From positions 51,214,001-51,278,000 of the forward strand of contig NC_045697.1 in NCBI RefSeq assembly GCF_009834535.1: 64,000 bases of DNA, read 5' to 3'. Each line of letters begins with the position of its first letter. Within the stretch, counting starts at the first letter, position 1. A program made the position numbers and the translations under genes. Under the pieces are notes generated by a model. The model was not told where the DNA came from and ran no database searches. It was given only the letters and a program-made list of their open reading frames with translations. The stretch is from Camelus ferus. Lineage: Eukaryota. This document shows positions 61,597 through 64,000 of this stretch, piece after piece.

Positions 61597-64000
61597 ACTT
61601 ACAATTTTTATAACCTGGGCATTATTTCAGGGGGGCAAGAATACTTTATAGGAGGTACTGTGTGTTTTATGTTGCATAAATCAGAGGCATGTAATGACTC
61701 ACTTCTAGTAAACGGTGGGTTAAGGTGATGACATCTTTATCCTTTAAATATAGAATCTAAAGTCATCTTTTCTAGAGCAGAGTGAAACAACAGCCCCTTC
61801 TTCTAGTGGAAAGATATTGAACTATTTAATTGGATAACTGGTCTCTTTGTGCTAGATGTTGAGAAAGTTACTGTTTAAATATGGATCAGTGCTTCTGTTT
61901 TCTCATCTGTGGCAATGAATTGAACCTGGTGATCTCTAAGACCTTTGCATTTTGATGATCCTTTATATTAAACAAGAATTTAATGCACAAGCACCATTTC
62001 ATAAAATATCCAGCTAGTCAAAACAACATATCCAAGATAGTTTAGATGTAATTTAAATGGTCATACTTCGAATATTGGTAACTTTGATAGACTATTTCCT
62101 TTAGGGAAGAATACATTTAATAAGGACATTCCTTTCCTTCTGTCTCTCCCTCCTCTTCATGAAAGTTATACATTTCATTTAAGGAAAATGTTTCATAACA
62201 TTTATGTGAATTTCTTATTCAGATCATTTTTAATGTTCTGGAACTTGGCTGTGATTCAAAATGAATTTTTTTCCTGTAGAAATAATATAATAAAAATGAT
62301 TATGTTTCAATGGGAAATGCATTTTAGTTTTTCACCTGAATTACCTCAACTAAGGGCATGTTAAAGAGGTATATGCCCATAACTTAGTTTACATTTGAAT
62401 AAAAGGTTACTTTTTTTTTTTTTTAATAAGGCTGCATCTGCTTATATATCTCTCTCTGCTTGTTCTGTAATACAGCACAAGAATCTTTCCAGCTGGGAAA
62501 AGAAGAACTGGTGTTAAAGGAGGAAATTCTCTACTACTTCCTCTTCTAAACTCTTGTGGCTCTTTTTCTTTCCCTCTCATTATCTTATGCACTTTCTACC
62601 CTGTATTATTGTTATTTGTGCACACACCTTGGCTCTTGCATTAAAGAAACAAGTTCCTTGATAGTAGGGTTAATTTTACACCTCTCATAGTAATAAATTT
62701 CAGTATCTACTGCACAAAGACTGTTTGCATTAAAATTGTTTAAGAAATCAGTGAAGATACAGCATTTTTCCCTACCTGCTACCTAATATTTGACTTGTTT
62801 TGTAACTACAATGTGTACCTTTATTTTATTTTTTGTAACTACCTCTCCCTTCTCCAGATACACTACAAACTTTTAGAATCTGAAAGGGAAGTTTTCCCCA
62901 AACCATCTTTTATTTATTCAAGAATTATTTGAGTCCTGACAACGTGATGGGTATAGTTCTAGTTGCTGGATATGTATCAGTGCACCAAGCAAAGTCCCTA
63001 TTTCCTTGGAGTTCAGAAAGGCAATAAATATGTATAATAATAAGTCATGTGATAAATTTATTTCTAAAATTACACAGAATAAACATATAGATGGAGATAA
63101 CTGAGAGACTTGCTTAGATCTCACAGCTAAGCAGATGAAGCAATAGTGGTACTTAGGTCTTTAGATTCTAACAGTATCTTTGAAATTAGTTTCTTCATTA
63201 ATCTTAAACTGGGGGGTGGGAGAAGATAGCCATTCCTATTTTCTTTCATCCTAATACCTTTAAAAAAATCTGTATATATACAATCTTATAGTCATTTGAA
63301 TCTGTTTTTTAAGTTATCAATTTTTCAGAAAGTAAGAATTGTGTACTTTAAAAATCAACAAAAGAATTTTCATGGAGAAATTTTAAATCAATAAGAAAAC
63401 ATTTTTTTGTGTTTAATATCCCTAATGAAAAGATTGAGATGCATTTTTCTTAGTAAATTTTCACCAAGCTTAGTTAAGATACAATGTGGCATAAGGAGAC
63501 TTTTTGGCAGAAAATCACTTTTGATTGAAATTTAATACTTTCTATGATCTAACTTGTAACTTTCTGACTTTTCCTATAGTAAACCCTCTATTTTAGCATA
63601 TAGAAATTTTATGCTTGTCTACATGCCTTCTCCCTTTCTGATACACAAATAAGTTATTTTGGTCAAAATTTTTTCATATAATTCTTTCTGCATGCATCAT
63701 CTCCTTTGAGCAACTTTAGTAAGTCTGATCTGTACTTTTGCACTGTTCTTTGATACCTTTTGTTTTCTAAAACTAATCTGAAATATTTTTCATTTGTTCA
63801 TTTTACCTATGTTTATTTTTCCATGATTATTTCCTCTTTTTTTTTCTTTTGTCTTCTCTCACTGGATTGAAAAGTTGTAGATATTTTAACAGAGAAAATT
63901 TCATTAGGAAGCAACTTTTTCTCTAGAAAAACTCATCTTCTCGACCATGGTTTAAGATAAGAAGACAATTTTTTACCATGCTATAATTTTGAATCACATA

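Larger units (their letters stand above)
1..64000 (+). other. ANKRD17: Intron 1 of ANKRD17 (canonical exon 1 upstream and exon 2 downstream are outside the window)
   Basis: Inferred from the alternative exon. No GC-rich exon 1 or exon-2 codons seen; the sequence is T-rich on + and repeat-dense, as expected of a long intron. Confidence 0.75.

Noticed and set aside
1..64000. Prokaryotic-style systems (CRISPR arrays, operons, rRNA) or an intact autonomous retroelement
   Set aside because: The sequence is mammalian intron; no regularly spaced repeats, long ORFs or intact gag/pol/ORF2 were seen.

Overview
AT-rich, CpG-depleted mammalian genomic DNA with no CpG island and no complete gene. It is most likely from a camelid (camel/alpaca/llama), judged from tRNA-Ala-derived vic-1-type SINEs and camelid-type L1 3' ends. 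The only convincing coding segment is a 54-nt exon on the + strand (25990-26043, MVETAAEMEAYVLEDILE, then a GT donor). I recognise it from memory as the alternative N-terminus of ANKRD17 (MASK2), which would put the whole window inside that gene's long first intron; canonical exon 1 and exon 2 lie outside it. Most other recognisable sequence is transposable-element debris: L1, HAL1, L2, MIR, MaLR/ERVL/ERV1 LTRs, hAT-Charlie elements and SINEs, several nested or with intact target-site duplications (TSDs). Other ORFs in the track are L1 remnants or chance frames. I found no clear new biological system. The best leads are the uORF-guarded alternative first exon with AP-1/TEAD motifs, an unexplained 63-bp dispersed duplication, candidate poison exons and recursive splice sites, and a well-preserved island in an old antisense L1. 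Repeat family names come from recalled consensus sequences, and boundaries without TSDs are approximate.
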